A program made the position numbers and the translations under genes. The notes beneath the pieces are model-generated. The model saw only the letters and a program-made list of their open reading frames with translations, did not search any database and was not told the origin of the DNA. From assembly GCA_040385585.1 (NCBI GenBank), contig JAZKHB010000015.1, positions 2,545-66,544 on the forward strand: DNA of 64,000 nucleotides, written 5' to 3'. Source of the stretch: Pseudomonadota bacterium (GTDB lineage Bacteria > Pseudomonadota > Gammaproteobacteria > Pseudomonadales > Pseudomonadaceae). Below, in pieces: positions 8,597-17,184 of this stretch; position 1 is the first letter of the stretch, and the number at the start of each line of letters is the position of its first letter.

Positions 8597-9046
8597 ATGC
8601 TTAACTGGCTCAAAACCAACACCGCCGCGGCGCGTACGCGCCTGGCAGAAGAAATCGGCAAGTTCAAGAACCGCGAGTTCATGGAAGCGGTCGTTGCCGG
8701 CTGCGCCTTGGTATCGGCAGCCGATGGCGATATCAACGCCAGCGAAAAACAGAAAATGATCGGTTTTATCCAGAATTCGGACGAACTCAAGGTGTTTGAC
8801 CTGACCTTGGTGATCGATACCTTCAACAAGATCTGTGGCAAGTTCGAATTCGACGCGTCCATCGGCCGCGCCGAAGCCTTGAAACTGGTCGGTCGCCTGC
8901 GCAACAACACCGACGCGGCACGCTTGCTGGTGCGCGTATGCTGCGCGGTGGGCAATGCCGACGGTAACTTCGACAGCAGCGAGCAGGCGGCCTGCCGGGC
9001 CATCTGCACCGAGCTCGGGCTGTCTCCCTCTGAATTTGATTTGTGA
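8597..9046 (+). CDS. terB: Tellurite-resistance protein TerB
   Basis: 149 aa; the helical TerB pattern (AADGDINASEKQKM..., VGNADGNFDSSEQAA) occurs twice. Good Shine-Dalgarno AGAGGAAAA. Confidence 0.88.
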   Translation: MLNWLKTNTAAARTRLAEEIGKFKNREFMEAVVAGCALVSAADGDINASEKQKMIGFIQNSDELKVFDLTLVIDTFNKICGKFEFDASIGRAEALKLVGRLRNNTDAARLLVRVCCAVGNADGNFDSSEQAACRAICTELGLSPSEFDL

Positions 9047-9055
9047 GTATCTGAA

Positions 9056-10087
9056 TTGGAAAGCACCGCTATCGGCTTCCCGCCGTTAACCATCGCCGTC
9101 TTCGTCGGCCTGGCCCTCGTGGCCCTGGCCATCGACCTGTTTACCCACAAGGGTGACAAGCCGATCAGCCTGCTCAACGCCTCGCTCTGGTCGGTGTTCT
9201 GGGTGGTCATTTCCATGGCCTTCGCCGGCTTTCTCTATGTGTCCCACGGCTCCCAGGTCGCCAGCCTGTTCGTGACCGGCTACGCCCTGGAGAAAGTCCT
9301 GAGCGTGGACAACCTGTTCGTCTTCATGGCGATCTTTTCCTGGTTCAGCATCCCCGACAACCTGCGGCACCGGGTGCTCTACTGGGGCATCATCGGCGCC
9401 ATCGTGTTCCGCCTGATCTTCGTGGTCATCGGCACCGGCCTGCTGGCCTTCGGCCCCTGGGTCGAGGTGCTGTTCGCGGTGGTCGTGGCCTGGACCGCGG
9501 TGATGATGCTCAAGAGCAGCGGCGACAGCGAGGGGATCGAGGACTATTCCGGCCATATCGCCTACCGGGCCACCCAGCGCCTGTTCCCGGTCTGGCCCAA
9601 GCTGCATGGCCACAATTTCTTCATCTCGCGCAAGGAAGCCGAAGGCGAGCTGAGGAAGCCCGGCAACGGCGGCATCAGCCTGGCGGCCAAGGGCGCCTGG
9701 TTCGCCACTCCGCTGCTGCTGTGCGTGGCCGTGGTCGAGGTGTCGGATGTGATGTTTGCCTTCGACTCGGTGCCGGCCATCATCGCCGTTAGCCGCGAGC
9801 CGCTGATCGTTTACTCGGCGATGATCTTCGCCATCCTGGGTCTGCGGACCATGTACTTCGTGCTCGAAGCCCTCAAGCGCTACCTGGTGCACCTGGAGAA
9901 GGCAGTTATCGCCTTGCTGTTTTTTATCTCCGCCAAGCTTGCACTCAACGCAACTGACCACATATTCCATACCGGGTATGCCATCGATGCCAATACCAGC
10001 CTGATCGTGGTGCTGGTGGTGCTGGCGATCGGCATCGTGGCCAGCGTGCTGTTTCCGGAAAAACCGGATGAGGCCAGCGAAAAGTAA
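9056..10087 (+). CDS. terC: TerC-family integral membrane protein
   Basis: 343 aa, multi-pass hydrophobic; YALEKVLSVDNLFVF and FAFDSVPAI are TerC signatures. TTG at 9056 is the only start codon available in the open frame after the in-frame stop at 9044-9046. Confidence 0.88.
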   Translation: MESTAIGFPPLTIAVFVGLALVALAIDLFTHKGDKPISLLNASLWSVFWVVISMAFAGFLYVSHGSQVASLFVTGYALEKVLSVDNLFVFMAIFSWFSIPDNLRHRVLYWGIIGAIVFRLIFVVIGTGLLAFGPWVEVLFAVVVAWTAVMMLKSSGDSEGIEDYSGHIAYRATQRLFPVWPKLHGHNFFISRKEAEGELRKPGNGGISLAAKGAWFATPLLLCVAVVEVSDVMFAFDSVPAIIAVSREPLIVYSAMIFAILGLRTMYFVLEALKRYLVHLEKAVIALLFFISAKLALNATDHIFHTGYAIDANTSLIVVLVVLAIGIVASVLFPEKPDEASEK

Positions 10088-10111
10088 CCATCGAGGATAA
10101 GGAGACCTCTC

Positions 10112-10687
10112 ATGGCGATTACTCTGCAGAAAGGCGGTAACCTGTCGCTGTCCAAGACCGACCCGAGCCTCAAGCGCATTTTGATTGGCTTGGGTTGGGA
10201 CGAACGGGCCACCGACGGGACCGATTTCGACCTGGATGCCAGCGCCTTCATGCTGACGGCCCAGGGCAAGGTGCGCACTGACGCGGACTTTATCTACTAC
10301 AACCAGCTGCGCTCGCCGGAAGGTGCCCTGGAGCACACCGGCGACAACCGTTCGGGGCAGGGCGAAGGCGACGACGAAACCCTCCGAGTCGACCTGAGCA
10401 AGATTCCGGCAGGCATCGAAAAGATCGTGATCACGGTCACCATCCACGATGCCGCTGCACGCAAGCAGAACTTCGGCCAGGTGGCCAACGCCTTTATCCG
10501 CGTGGTCAACGAAGAGTCGAATGTGGAAATCGTGCGGTATGACCTGGCCGAGGACTATTCCACCGAAACGGCGATGGTCTTCGGCGAGCTCTACAGCCAC
10601 AACGGCGAATGGAAATTCCGCGCCGTGGGCCAGGGCTACGCGGGCGGCCTGGCCGCCATGTGCAATCAATACGGCATTGTTGTTTAA
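10112..10687 (+). CDS. terD: TerD
   Basis: 191 aa. MAITLQKGGNLSLSK..., GDNRSGQGEGDDE, FGELYSHNGEWKFRAVGQGYAGGL. Shine-Dalgarno AAGGAGA. Confidence 0.93.
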   Translation: MAITLQKGGNLSLSKTDPSLKRILIGLGWDERATDGTDFDLDASAFMLTAQGKVRTDADFIYYNQLRSPEGALEHTGDNRSGQGEGDDETLRVDLSKIPAGIEKIVITVTIHDAAARKQNFGQVANAFIRVVNEESNVEIVRYDLAEDYSTETAMVFGELYSHNGEWKFRAVGQGYAGGLAAMCNQYGIVV

Positions 10688-10714
10688 CGGCAGTCAACTA
10701 AAGGGAAAACGAAC

Positions 10715-11290
10715 ATGGCTATCAGTCTGAGCAAGGGCGGCAACGTCTCGCTGTCCAAGGAAGCACCCGGCCTCAACGAAATCACCGTGGGCCTGGGCTG
10801 GGATGCACGCGTTACCGACGGCACCGACTTCGACCTGGATGCCTCGGTGTTCATCACTGGCGAGAACGGCAAGGTGTTGTCCGATGCGTCCTTCATCTTC
10901 TACAACAACAAGACCTCGGCCTGCGGCAACGTCGAACACCTGGGCGACAACCGCACCGGCGACGGCGACGGCGACGACGAGAAGGTCAACGTCAAGCTCA
11001 ACGGCCTGGCCGCGGACGTGAAGAAGCTGGTCTTCGCCGTCACCATCCACGACGCCGATGCCCGCAAGCAGAGCTTCGGCCAGGTCAGCAACGCCTTTAT
11101 CCGTGTGGTCAACAAGACCGACGGCAAGGAAATCGCCCGCTACGACCTGTCGGAAGACGCCTCCACCGAAACCGCTATGATCTTCGGCGAGCTGTACCGC
11201 CACGGCGACGAGTGGAAGTTCAAGGCCATCGGCCAGGGCTTCGCCGGCGGTCTGCAGCCGTTAGCCGCCTCCCACGGCGTCGGTGTATAA
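10715..11290 (+). CDS. terE: TerD paralog, TerE position
   Basis: 191 aa. [15 protein letters not shown]..., [37 protein letters not shown]. Confidence 0.92.
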   Translation: MAISLSKGGNVSLSKEAPGLNEITVGLGWDARVTDGTDFDLDASVFITGENGKVLSDASFIFYNNKTSACGNVEHLGDNRTGDGDGDDEKVNVKLNGLAADVKKLVFAVTIHDADARKQSFGQVSNAFIRVVNKTDGKEIARYDLSEDASTETAMIFGELYRHGDEWKFKAIGQGFAGGLQPLAASHGVGV

Positions 11291-11304
11291 GCTTTAAGCG
11301 CCTA

Positions 11305-11335
11305 ATAAAAAACCCGCCAAGTGCGGGTTTTTTTA
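11305..11335 (+). terminator. Rho-independent terminator of terZABCDE
   Basis: AAAAAACCCGCCAAGTGCGGGTTTTTTT, 15 nt after the terE stop. Confidence 0.85.
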
Positions 11336-11373
11336 TGGGCGCTGCTTCCAGAATGGCGCTGCGCCCATGCCTG

Positions 11374-11418
11374 TAGCAGGCCGTTGAAAAACGTAGGTAG
11401 TTTTTCAACGGCCTGCTA
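11374..11418. repeat. REP-like perfect palindrome (19-bp stem, 7-nt loop)
   Basis: TAGCAGGCCGTTGAAAAAC-gtaggta-GTTTTTCAACGGCCTGCTA. A related half-copy lies at 23731-23759 (25 of 29 nt identical). Confidence 0.6.
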
Positions 11419-11425
11419 GCCGCGG

Positions 11426-12220
11426 CTACACCGCCACCGGCGCCTTTATATGCGGATGGGCCTGGTAGTCCAGCAGCTCGAAATCCTCGAAGCGGAAGGC
11501 GAACAGGTCCTTGACCACCGGGTTCAGCCGCATGCGCGGCAGCGGATAGGGCTCGCGGGTCAGCTGCAGGTCGGCCTGTTCCAGGTGGTTGGCGTACAGA
11601 TGGCAGTCCCCGCCGGTCCAGATGAAGTCCCCCGGCGCCAGGTCGCAGACCTGGGCCACCATCAGGGTCAGCAGCGCATAGCTGGCGATATTGAATGGCA
11701 CGCCGAGGAAGATATCCGCCGAACGCTGGTACAACTGGCAGCTGAGCTTGCCGTCGGCCACGTAGAACTGGAACAGGGCATGGCAGGGCGGCAGGGCCAT
11801 CTGCTCGACCAGCGCCGGGTTCCAGGCCGATACCATCAGCCGGCGCGAATCCGGGTTGCGCTTGATCATGGCGATCAGCTGACTGATCTGGTCGATGGAC
11901 TCGCCGTTGGGCGCCGGCCAGTTGCGCCACTGGTAGCCGTAGACCGGGCCGAGGTCGCCGTTCTCGTCGGCCCATTCATCCCAGATGCGAACCCCATGGT
12001 CCTGCAGGTACTTGATATTGGTGTCGCCCTGCAGGAACCACAGCAGCTCGTGGACGATGGACTTCAAATGGCACTTCTTGGTGGTCACCAGGGGAAAGCC
12101 CTGGGCCAGGTCGAAGCGCATCTGGTGGCCGAACAGGCTGTAGGTGCCAGTGCCGGTGCGGTCGCCCTTGACCGTGCCGGTCTCGCGCACCAGGCGCATC
12201 AGGTCCAGGTACTGTTTCAT
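11426..12220 (-). CDS. thyA: Thymidylate synthase
   Basis: [26 protein letters not shown]...[11 protein letters not shown]...[16 protein letters not shown], 264 aa. The track ORF has a spurious N-terminal extension into lgt. Confidence 0.97.
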   Translation of the reverse strand: MKQYLDLMRLVRETGTVKGDRTGTGTYSLFGHQMRFDLAQGFPLVTTKKCHLKSIVHELLWFLQGDTNIKYLQDHGVRIWDEWADENGDLGPVYGYQWRNWPAPNGESIDQISQLIAMIKRNPDSRRLMVSAWNPALVEQMALPPCHALFQFYVADGKLSCQLYQRSADIFLGVPFNIASYALLTLMVAQVCDLAPGDFIWTGGDCHLYANHLEQADLQLTREPYPLPRMRLNPVVKDLFAFRFEDFELLDYQAHPHIKAPVAV

Positions 12221-13020
12221 CGTGCACCTCCATGGGCGGCCTGGCGGCGATAGGCGAAAAGGATAAGAGCGATGCCGCCGAGCATCATCGGCAGACTGAG
12301 AATTTGGCCCATGGTCAGCCAGCCGCCCGCCAGGTAGCCGAGCTGGACATCCGGCACCCGGACGAACTCGACGATAAAACGGAACAGCCCGTAGCACAGG
12401 GCGAACATCCCCGAGACGGCCATGGTCGGCCGCGGCTTGCGCGAATACAGCCAGAGAATGGCGAACAGGGCGAAGCCTTCCAGGGCCACCTGATACAGCT
12501 GCGACGGGTGACGGGCCAGCTGTTCGGGGTCGGTGGGGAAAACCATGGCCCAAGGCAGGTCGGTGGCCTTGCCCCACAGCTCGGCGTTGATAAAATTACC
12601 GACCCGGCCGGCACCCAGGCCAATGGGCACCAGGGGGGCGATAAAGTCCATCAGCTCGAAGAAGCTCTTGCCGTTGCGCTTGCCGAACCACCAGGTGGCC
12701 AACATCACGCCGAGCAACCCGCCATGGAACGACATGCCGCCCTTCCACACTTGCAGCACCAGGCTGGGGTCGTTCAGGTAGGCCTGCAGGTCGTAGAACA
12801 GCACATAGCCCAGGCGCCCGCCGAGTATCACGCCCATGGCCACCCAGAACACCAGGTCCGAGAGTTTCTCGCGGCTCCAGGTGGCATCGAAACGCTGCAA
12901 CCGGCGCGAAGCCAGCCACCAGGCGCCGCCGATGCCGATCAGGTACATCAAACCGTACCAGTGGATCTTGATCAGCCCCAGGTCCAGGGCCACCGGATTG
13001 ATCTGCGGGTAAGGCAACAT
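12217..13020 (-). CDS. lgt: Prolipoprotein diacylglyceryl transferase
   Basis: [29 protein letters not shown]...; 4-nt overlap with thyA. Confidence 0.95.
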   Translation of the reverse strand: MLPYPQINPVALDLGLIKIHWYGLMYLIGIGGAWWLASRRLQRFDATWSREKLSDLVFWVAMGVILGGRLGYVLFYDLQAYLNDPSLVLQVWKGGMSFHGGLLGVMLATWWFGKRNGKSFFELMDFIAPLVPIGLGAGRVGNFINAELWGKATDLPWAMVFPTDPEQLARHPSQLYQVALEGFALFAILWLYSRKPRPTMAVSGMFALCYGLFRFIVEFVRVPDVQLGYLAGGWLTMGQILSLPMMLGGIALILFAYRRQAAHGGAR

Positions 13021-13030
13021 TAAAAACTCC

Positions 13031-13813
13031 TTAGATCAGGAAATTCACGCCCACTACCAGCAGTAGCAGGGCGAATAGACGCTTGAGCAGGCGAGGCGAC
13101 AACTTGTGTGCCAGGCGCGCGCCAAAGCGGGCGAAAAACATGCTGGTCAGGGCGATCCCGACCATGGCCGGCAGGTAGATATACCCCAAACTCCAGGCCG
13201 GCAGCTGCGGCGCGTTCCAACCGGTAAACATGAAACCCAGGGCGCTGGCCAGGGCGATCGGCAGGCCGCAGGCCGAAGAAGTGGCCACCGCCTTTTGCAT
13301 CGGCACGCTGCGCCAGGTGAGAAACGGCACGCTGAGCGAGCCGCCGCCGATACCGAAAATCGCCGAAGCCCAGCCGATAAACGACCCGGCAACCGCCAGA
13401 CCGAACTTGCCGGGTACCTCGCGGCCGGGCTTGGGCTTGAGCTCCAGGGCCATCTGCAGCGCGATGCACAGGGCGAACACGCCGATGATCTTCTGCAACA
13501 AGGGGCCCTTGATAGCCGCCGCGGTCAGCGCGCCGGCCGCGGCGCCCAGCAGAATCCCCACCGTCATCCAGGCGAATACCGCCCAGAGCACCGCACCCTT
13601 ACGCTGGTGCTCCAGCACGGCATTGATCGAGGTAAAGATGATGGTCGCCAGGGAAGTGCCCACGGCCAGGTGCGTCAGTATCGCCGGCTCGAACCCCTGG
13701 GCGCCGAAGCTGAAGACCAGCACCGGCACGATGATCAGGCCACCGCCGACGCCGAACAGCCCGGCCAGCACGCCGGCGCAAGCACCCAGCAGCAGATACA
13801 GCAGAAATTCCAT
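13031..13813 (-). CDS. TauE/SafE-family anion exporter
   Basis: [30 protein letters not shown], with a second [10 protein letters not shown] repeat; multi-TM. Start set at the ATG at 13813. Confidence 0.85.
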   Translation of the reverse strand: MEFLLYLLLGACAGVLAGLFGVGGGLIIVPVLVFSFGAQGFEPAILTHLAVGTSLATIIFTSINAVLEHQRKGAVLWAVFAWMTVGILLGAAAGALTAAAIKGPLLQKIIGVFALCIALQMALELKPKPGREVPGKFGLAVAGSFIGWASAIFGIGGGSLSVPFLTWRSVPMQKAVATSSACGLPIALASALGFMFTGWNAPQLPAWSLGYIYLPAMVGIALTSMFFARFGARLAHKLSPRLLKRLFALLLLVVGVNFLI

Positions 13814-14105
13814 CAAGAGCCCCCACACGCGAAGCGGCATGGTACCGGAAGCGCCCCTCCGCGCTCCACACCGATGGCGACAAAGCGACCCCGGGAGAGG
13901 CCGCTCAATTCCCTTGCAGTGGACCTCTACCATTGAGCAAGCCGCATCAACCGTCGGCCACAAACACCTACGCAGAGGTGATCAGTCCTCGAATAAACGC
14001 CCAGGCTTGCGTTAGTCTTGGCACGGGCGCGCCAGACGCGTCACATGGAGCGAAATCGGATGCCAGGGCGCGCACGGATGCCTGGCGACTTAAGGAGTGG
14101 TCTCG

Positions 14106-14894
14106 ATGTGTCTGATCGTATTTGCCTGGCGTCCCGATCATGCCCAGCCCCTGCTGCTGGCGGCCAACCGTGACGAATTCTATGACCGCCCGACCCAGGG
14201 GCTGGCGTCCTGGGACGACGTGCCGGGTTTGATCGCCGGTCGCGACCTGCAGGCCGGCGGCACCTGGCTGGGCGTGGGCCGCGATGGCCGCTTCGCCGCC
14301 CTGACCAATATCCGCGACCCTCGCCGCCCGCCCATCGGCCGCTCCCGCGGCGAGCTGCCGACCCAGTTCCTGACCAGCGCCCTGAGCCCGGAAGCCTTCT
14401 TCCATGAGTTGGCGCAACGGGCCGACGACTACGCCGGTTTCAACCTGCTGGCCGGCGACCGCGACGAGTTGTGGTTCTATCACTCCTGGGAAGGCACGCC
14501 GCAGCGCCTGCCAGCCGGGCTTTACGGCTTTTCCAATGCCCAGCTGGACACACCCTGGCCGAAGGTGCAGCGCGCCAAGGCCGCCCTCGCCGCCCAGCTG
14601 CCGGCACCGCATCCAGGGGCCCTGCTCGACCTGCTGAGCGACCCTCAGCAGGCCGATGCCGCCAGCCTGCCGGACACCGGCGTCGGCATGGCTACCGAGA
14701 TCCTGCTGTCCAGCGTGTTTATCGCCAGCCGCAGCTACGGCACGCGTGCCAGTACCGCGCTGATCGTCCAGGCCGATGGCGCCCGGCAGATCGTCGAACG
14801 CAGCTACGGCCCCCATGGCGAACTGCTGGGAGATATCGGCTTGAGCGAACCGGCCGTGCGCCGGCGCGACAGTGCCCTGCTCGAAGACCGCTAA
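14106..14894 (+). CDS. NRDE-family protein
   Basis: MCLIVFAWRPDH..LLLAANRDEFYDRPT (the literal NRDE motif). ATG at 14106. Confidence 0.85.
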   Translation: MCLIVFAWRPDHAQPLLLAANRDEFYDRPTQGLASWDDVPGLIAGRDLQAGGTWLGVGRDGRFAALTNIRDPRRPPIGRSRGELPTQFLTSALSPEAFFHELAQRADDYAGFNLLAGDRDELWFYHSWEGTPQRLPAGLYGFSNAQLDTPWPKVQRAKAALAAQLPAPHPGALLDLLSDPQQADAASLPDTGVGMATEILLSSVFIASRSYGTRASTALIVQADGARQIVERSYGPHGELLGDIGLSEPAVRRRDSALLEDR

Positions 14895-14987
14895 CCCTGC
14901 TGGCCGAGGCTCAGCGGCCCGTCCTGGCAGGCTAGACTGTCGGCCTGGGTTTTAACCGACCAAGACTTGAACAAGAAGGATTTCGCC

Positions 14988-16310
14988 ATGCAACTCACCC
15001 GTGGACAACGCCTGCGCCTGACCGACCTGATCGGCCCAGACCTGCGCTTTCAGATCGGCCTGGATGCCCGTGTCGGTGGCACCACGCCAGACTTCGCCTG
15101 TTTCGGCCTGGATGGCGCCGGCAAGCTGGCTGACGAACGCTACATGACCTTCTTCAACCAACCCACGAGCCCCTGCGGCGGCGTCAGCCTGCTGCCCGGT
15201 AGCGAAGCAGTATTCGCCTTCGACCTGCAGCGCCTGCCGGCCAGCCTCGAGCGCCTGGTGATCACCGCCACGGTGGATGCGCCCGTCACCCTCGGCCAGC
15301 TCAGCAGCGGCTCGCTGCGTGTGCTCGACGGCCCACTGGAAACCGGACGCTTCGACCTGCAGGCCAGCGATTACGCCGCCGAGCGCGCGCTGATGCTGCT
15401 GGAACTCTACCGCAAGGACGGCCAATGGCGCGTGGCGATCACCGGTCAGGGATTCAATGGCGGCCTGGCCGCGCTGGTCGAGCATTTCGGCGGCGAAGTC
15501 GCGGCGCCGGCCGCGGCCCCTCAGCAGAGCGCCGCGCGTATCAACCTGGAAAAGCGCCTGGAGAAGGAAGCCCCGCACCTGATCAGCCTGGTCAAGAAGG
15601 CTGCCGTGTCCCTGGAAAAGAAGGGCATGACGGCTCACCGCGCCAAGGTCTGCCTATGCCTGGATATCTCGGCCTCCATGTCTCAGCTGTACGATTCGGG
15701 CCAGGTACAGGCCTTTGCCGAGCGGGTATTGGCCCTGGGTTGCCAGTTCGACGACGACGGCGAGATCGATGTCTTCCTGTTCGGCAAGGACGTTCACCAA
15801 CCCGAGCCCATGGGCCTGGGCAATAACCGCGACTACGTGCAGCAAATCAGCCAGCGCCACAAACTGGAGTTCGACACCCGCTACGGCGCGGCGATGCAGG
15901 CCATCCGCCGCTTCTACTTTCCCGACAGCGCCGGCGGCGCGCGCACCACGCCCCATAAGGCCCAGGTGCCGGTCTATGTGATGTTTATCACCGACGGTAC
16001 CACCAGCGACCAGGCTGTGACCCAGCAGCAGCTGCGCTGGTCTAGCAATGAGCCGATTTTCTGGCAGTTCATGGGCATCGGCCGCGGCCGCAAGGGTGGT
16101 TTCTTCGGCGGTTCCGCCAGCACGGGCAGCGCGTCCGACTTTCCCTTTCTAGAAAAACTCGACGACCTGGAGGGTCGGCTGGTCGATAACGCCGACTTCT
16201 TCTCGGTCAGCTCGCCCGGTGAACACCCCGACGAGGCGCTCTACGATCTGCTGATGAACGAATACCCGGGCTGGGTGCAATTGGCCAGGCAGAACGGCCT
16301 GCTCGGCTGA
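14988..16310 (+). CDS. TerF-like protein: N-terminal TerD-like domain plus C-terminal vWA domain
   Basis: N-terminal MQLTRGQRLRLTDL...LLELYRKDGQWRVAITGQGFNGGLAALVEHFG. C-terminal MIDAS-like CLCLDISASM and VMFITDGTTSD. ATG 14988 is preceded by AAGAAGGA. Confidence 0.82.
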   Translation: MQLTRGQRLRLTDLIGPDLRFQIGLDARVGGTTPDFACFGLDGAGKLADERYMTFFNQPTSPCGGVSLLPGSEAVFAFDLQRLPASLERLVITATVDAPVTLGQLSSGSLRVLDGPLETGRFDLQASDYAAERALMLLELYRKDGQWRVAITGQGFNGGLAALVEHFGGEVAAPAAAPQQSAARINLEKRLEKEAPHLISLVKKAAVSLEKKGMTAHRAKVCLCLDISASMSQLYDSGQVQAFAERVLALGCQFDDDGEIDVFLFGKDVHQPEPMGLGNNRDYVQQISQRHKLEFDTRYGAAMQAIRRFYFPDSAGGARTTPHKAQVPVYVMFITDGTTSDQAVTQQQLRWSSNEPIFWQFMGIGRGRKGGFFGGSASTGSASDFPFLEKLDDLEGRLVDNADFFSVSSPGEHPDEALYDLLMNEYPGWVQLARQNGLLG

Positions 16311-16334
16311 GTCGAGCTTGGCCTTGGACGCGAC

Positions 16335-17177
16335 TCAATCCAGCGCCGACGACTCCAGCCGAAACAGCGGTGCCGGCACCGCAGGATCGTCGGCGTCGGC
16401 CACCAGCAGCAGGCCGCCGTCCGGGGCGAAGGCCAGTCCTTCGATCTTCGCCCGGGGTTCCAGGCGCGCCAGGCCGACCAGGGCGAAATCGGCGTCCAGG
16501 CAACCCAGCACGCTGCCGGCGCAATCGCCGTCCAGGTAGCTGGAGTCGGTGGCCTCCGCCGCCGCGCTGAAATACAACCGGCCATCGGGGGCCAACGCCA
16601 GGTCGGTCAGGCTCAACGGCACAGCATCCAGCAGGCCCAGCTGCAGCGGTACGCTGCGCAGCAGGGCCGCCGAGCTCAACTGGCCGGCTTCCAGGTCGCG
16701 CAGCACCTGAGGTAAGTCGAGCACCAACAGGGCATTTTCGCCGCCCTGGCCATTGCCGCGCTGGGCCAGCAGCAGGGTCTGGCCCTGCACCACCGCGCCT
16801 TCCAGGTTGAGTTCCTGCAGTTGCGTTTCCAGGTGCAGGTAGAGCGGCGCCAGGTCGATGACCCGGACCTCGCCATTGAGTACCCGGCAACCGCGCCGGC
16901 GGCGCGGGGTCGAGCCCGACCCCAGGGCCAGCAAGGCGCCGTCGGGCAGCAGCGCCACGGCCTCGAAGTCGGGCTTGACCTTCTTGCGCGCCTTGGCATC
17001 CGCGGGCAGCTCGCCGGGCAGCAGCGGCCATTCGCCCCGCCATTGGCCCTGCAGGTCGTAGTGCTGCAGGCACAGGGCGTCGTCCGCCACCAGCCACAGC
17101 TGTTGCTGATGACAGACCAGGGCGCTGGCGGCCGAAAGACGCAGGTGGCCGAGCAGGGTCAGCGGCAGGCTGCGCAT
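16335..17177 (-). CDS. Hypothetical protein with repeated propeller-blade-like segments
   Basis: 280 aa. Recurrent motifs DFEAVALLPDGALLALG, NLEGAVVQGQTLLLA, LTDLALAPDGRLYFS and KIEGLAFAPDGGLLLVAD. Lies 7 nt downstream of ptsP on the same strand. Family not identified. Confidence 0.6.
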   Translation of the reverse strand: MRSLPLTLLGHLRLSAASALVCHQQQLWLVADDALCLQHYDLQGQWRGEWPLLPGELPADAKARKKVKPDFEAVALLPDGALLALGSGSTPRRRRGCRVLNGEVRVIDLAPLYLHLETQLQELNLEGAVVQGQTLLLAQRGNGQGGENALLVLDLPQVLRDLEAGQLSSAALLRSVPLQLGLLDAVPLSLTDLALAPDGRLYFSAAAEATDSSYLDGDCAGSVLGCLDADFALVGLARLEPRAKIEGLAFAPDGGLLLVADADDPAVPAPLFRLESSALD

Positions 17178-17184
17178 GCCCGCC

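Noticed and set aside
6590-9056. Possible Mn2+ (yybP-ykoY) riboswitch, since TerC-family genes are frequent targets
   Set aside because: terC is internal to the operon with only a 9-nt gap after terB, and I could not recognise the conserved riboswitch core in the terZ leader. An Infernal scan would be needed to exclude it formally.
7135-9216. 693-aa ORF on the minus strand across terA-terB-terC (and the similar 527-aa ORF at 9086-10669)
   Set aside because: It is antisense to genes with unmistakable TerA/TerB/TerC/TerD translations. Its composition is R/A/G/H/Q-rich and low in complexity, typical of stop-free shadow frames in high-GC DNA.
11426-12577. 383-aa version of thyA (with similar over-extended ORFs for rnk 57336-58013, hemD 46379-47356, the ATP-grasp gene 5397-6560 and the ABC-F gene 38380-40491)
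   Set aside because: The N-terminal extensions overlap the upstream gene in another frame and precede the well-conserved native N-termini. They were trimmed to internal starts.
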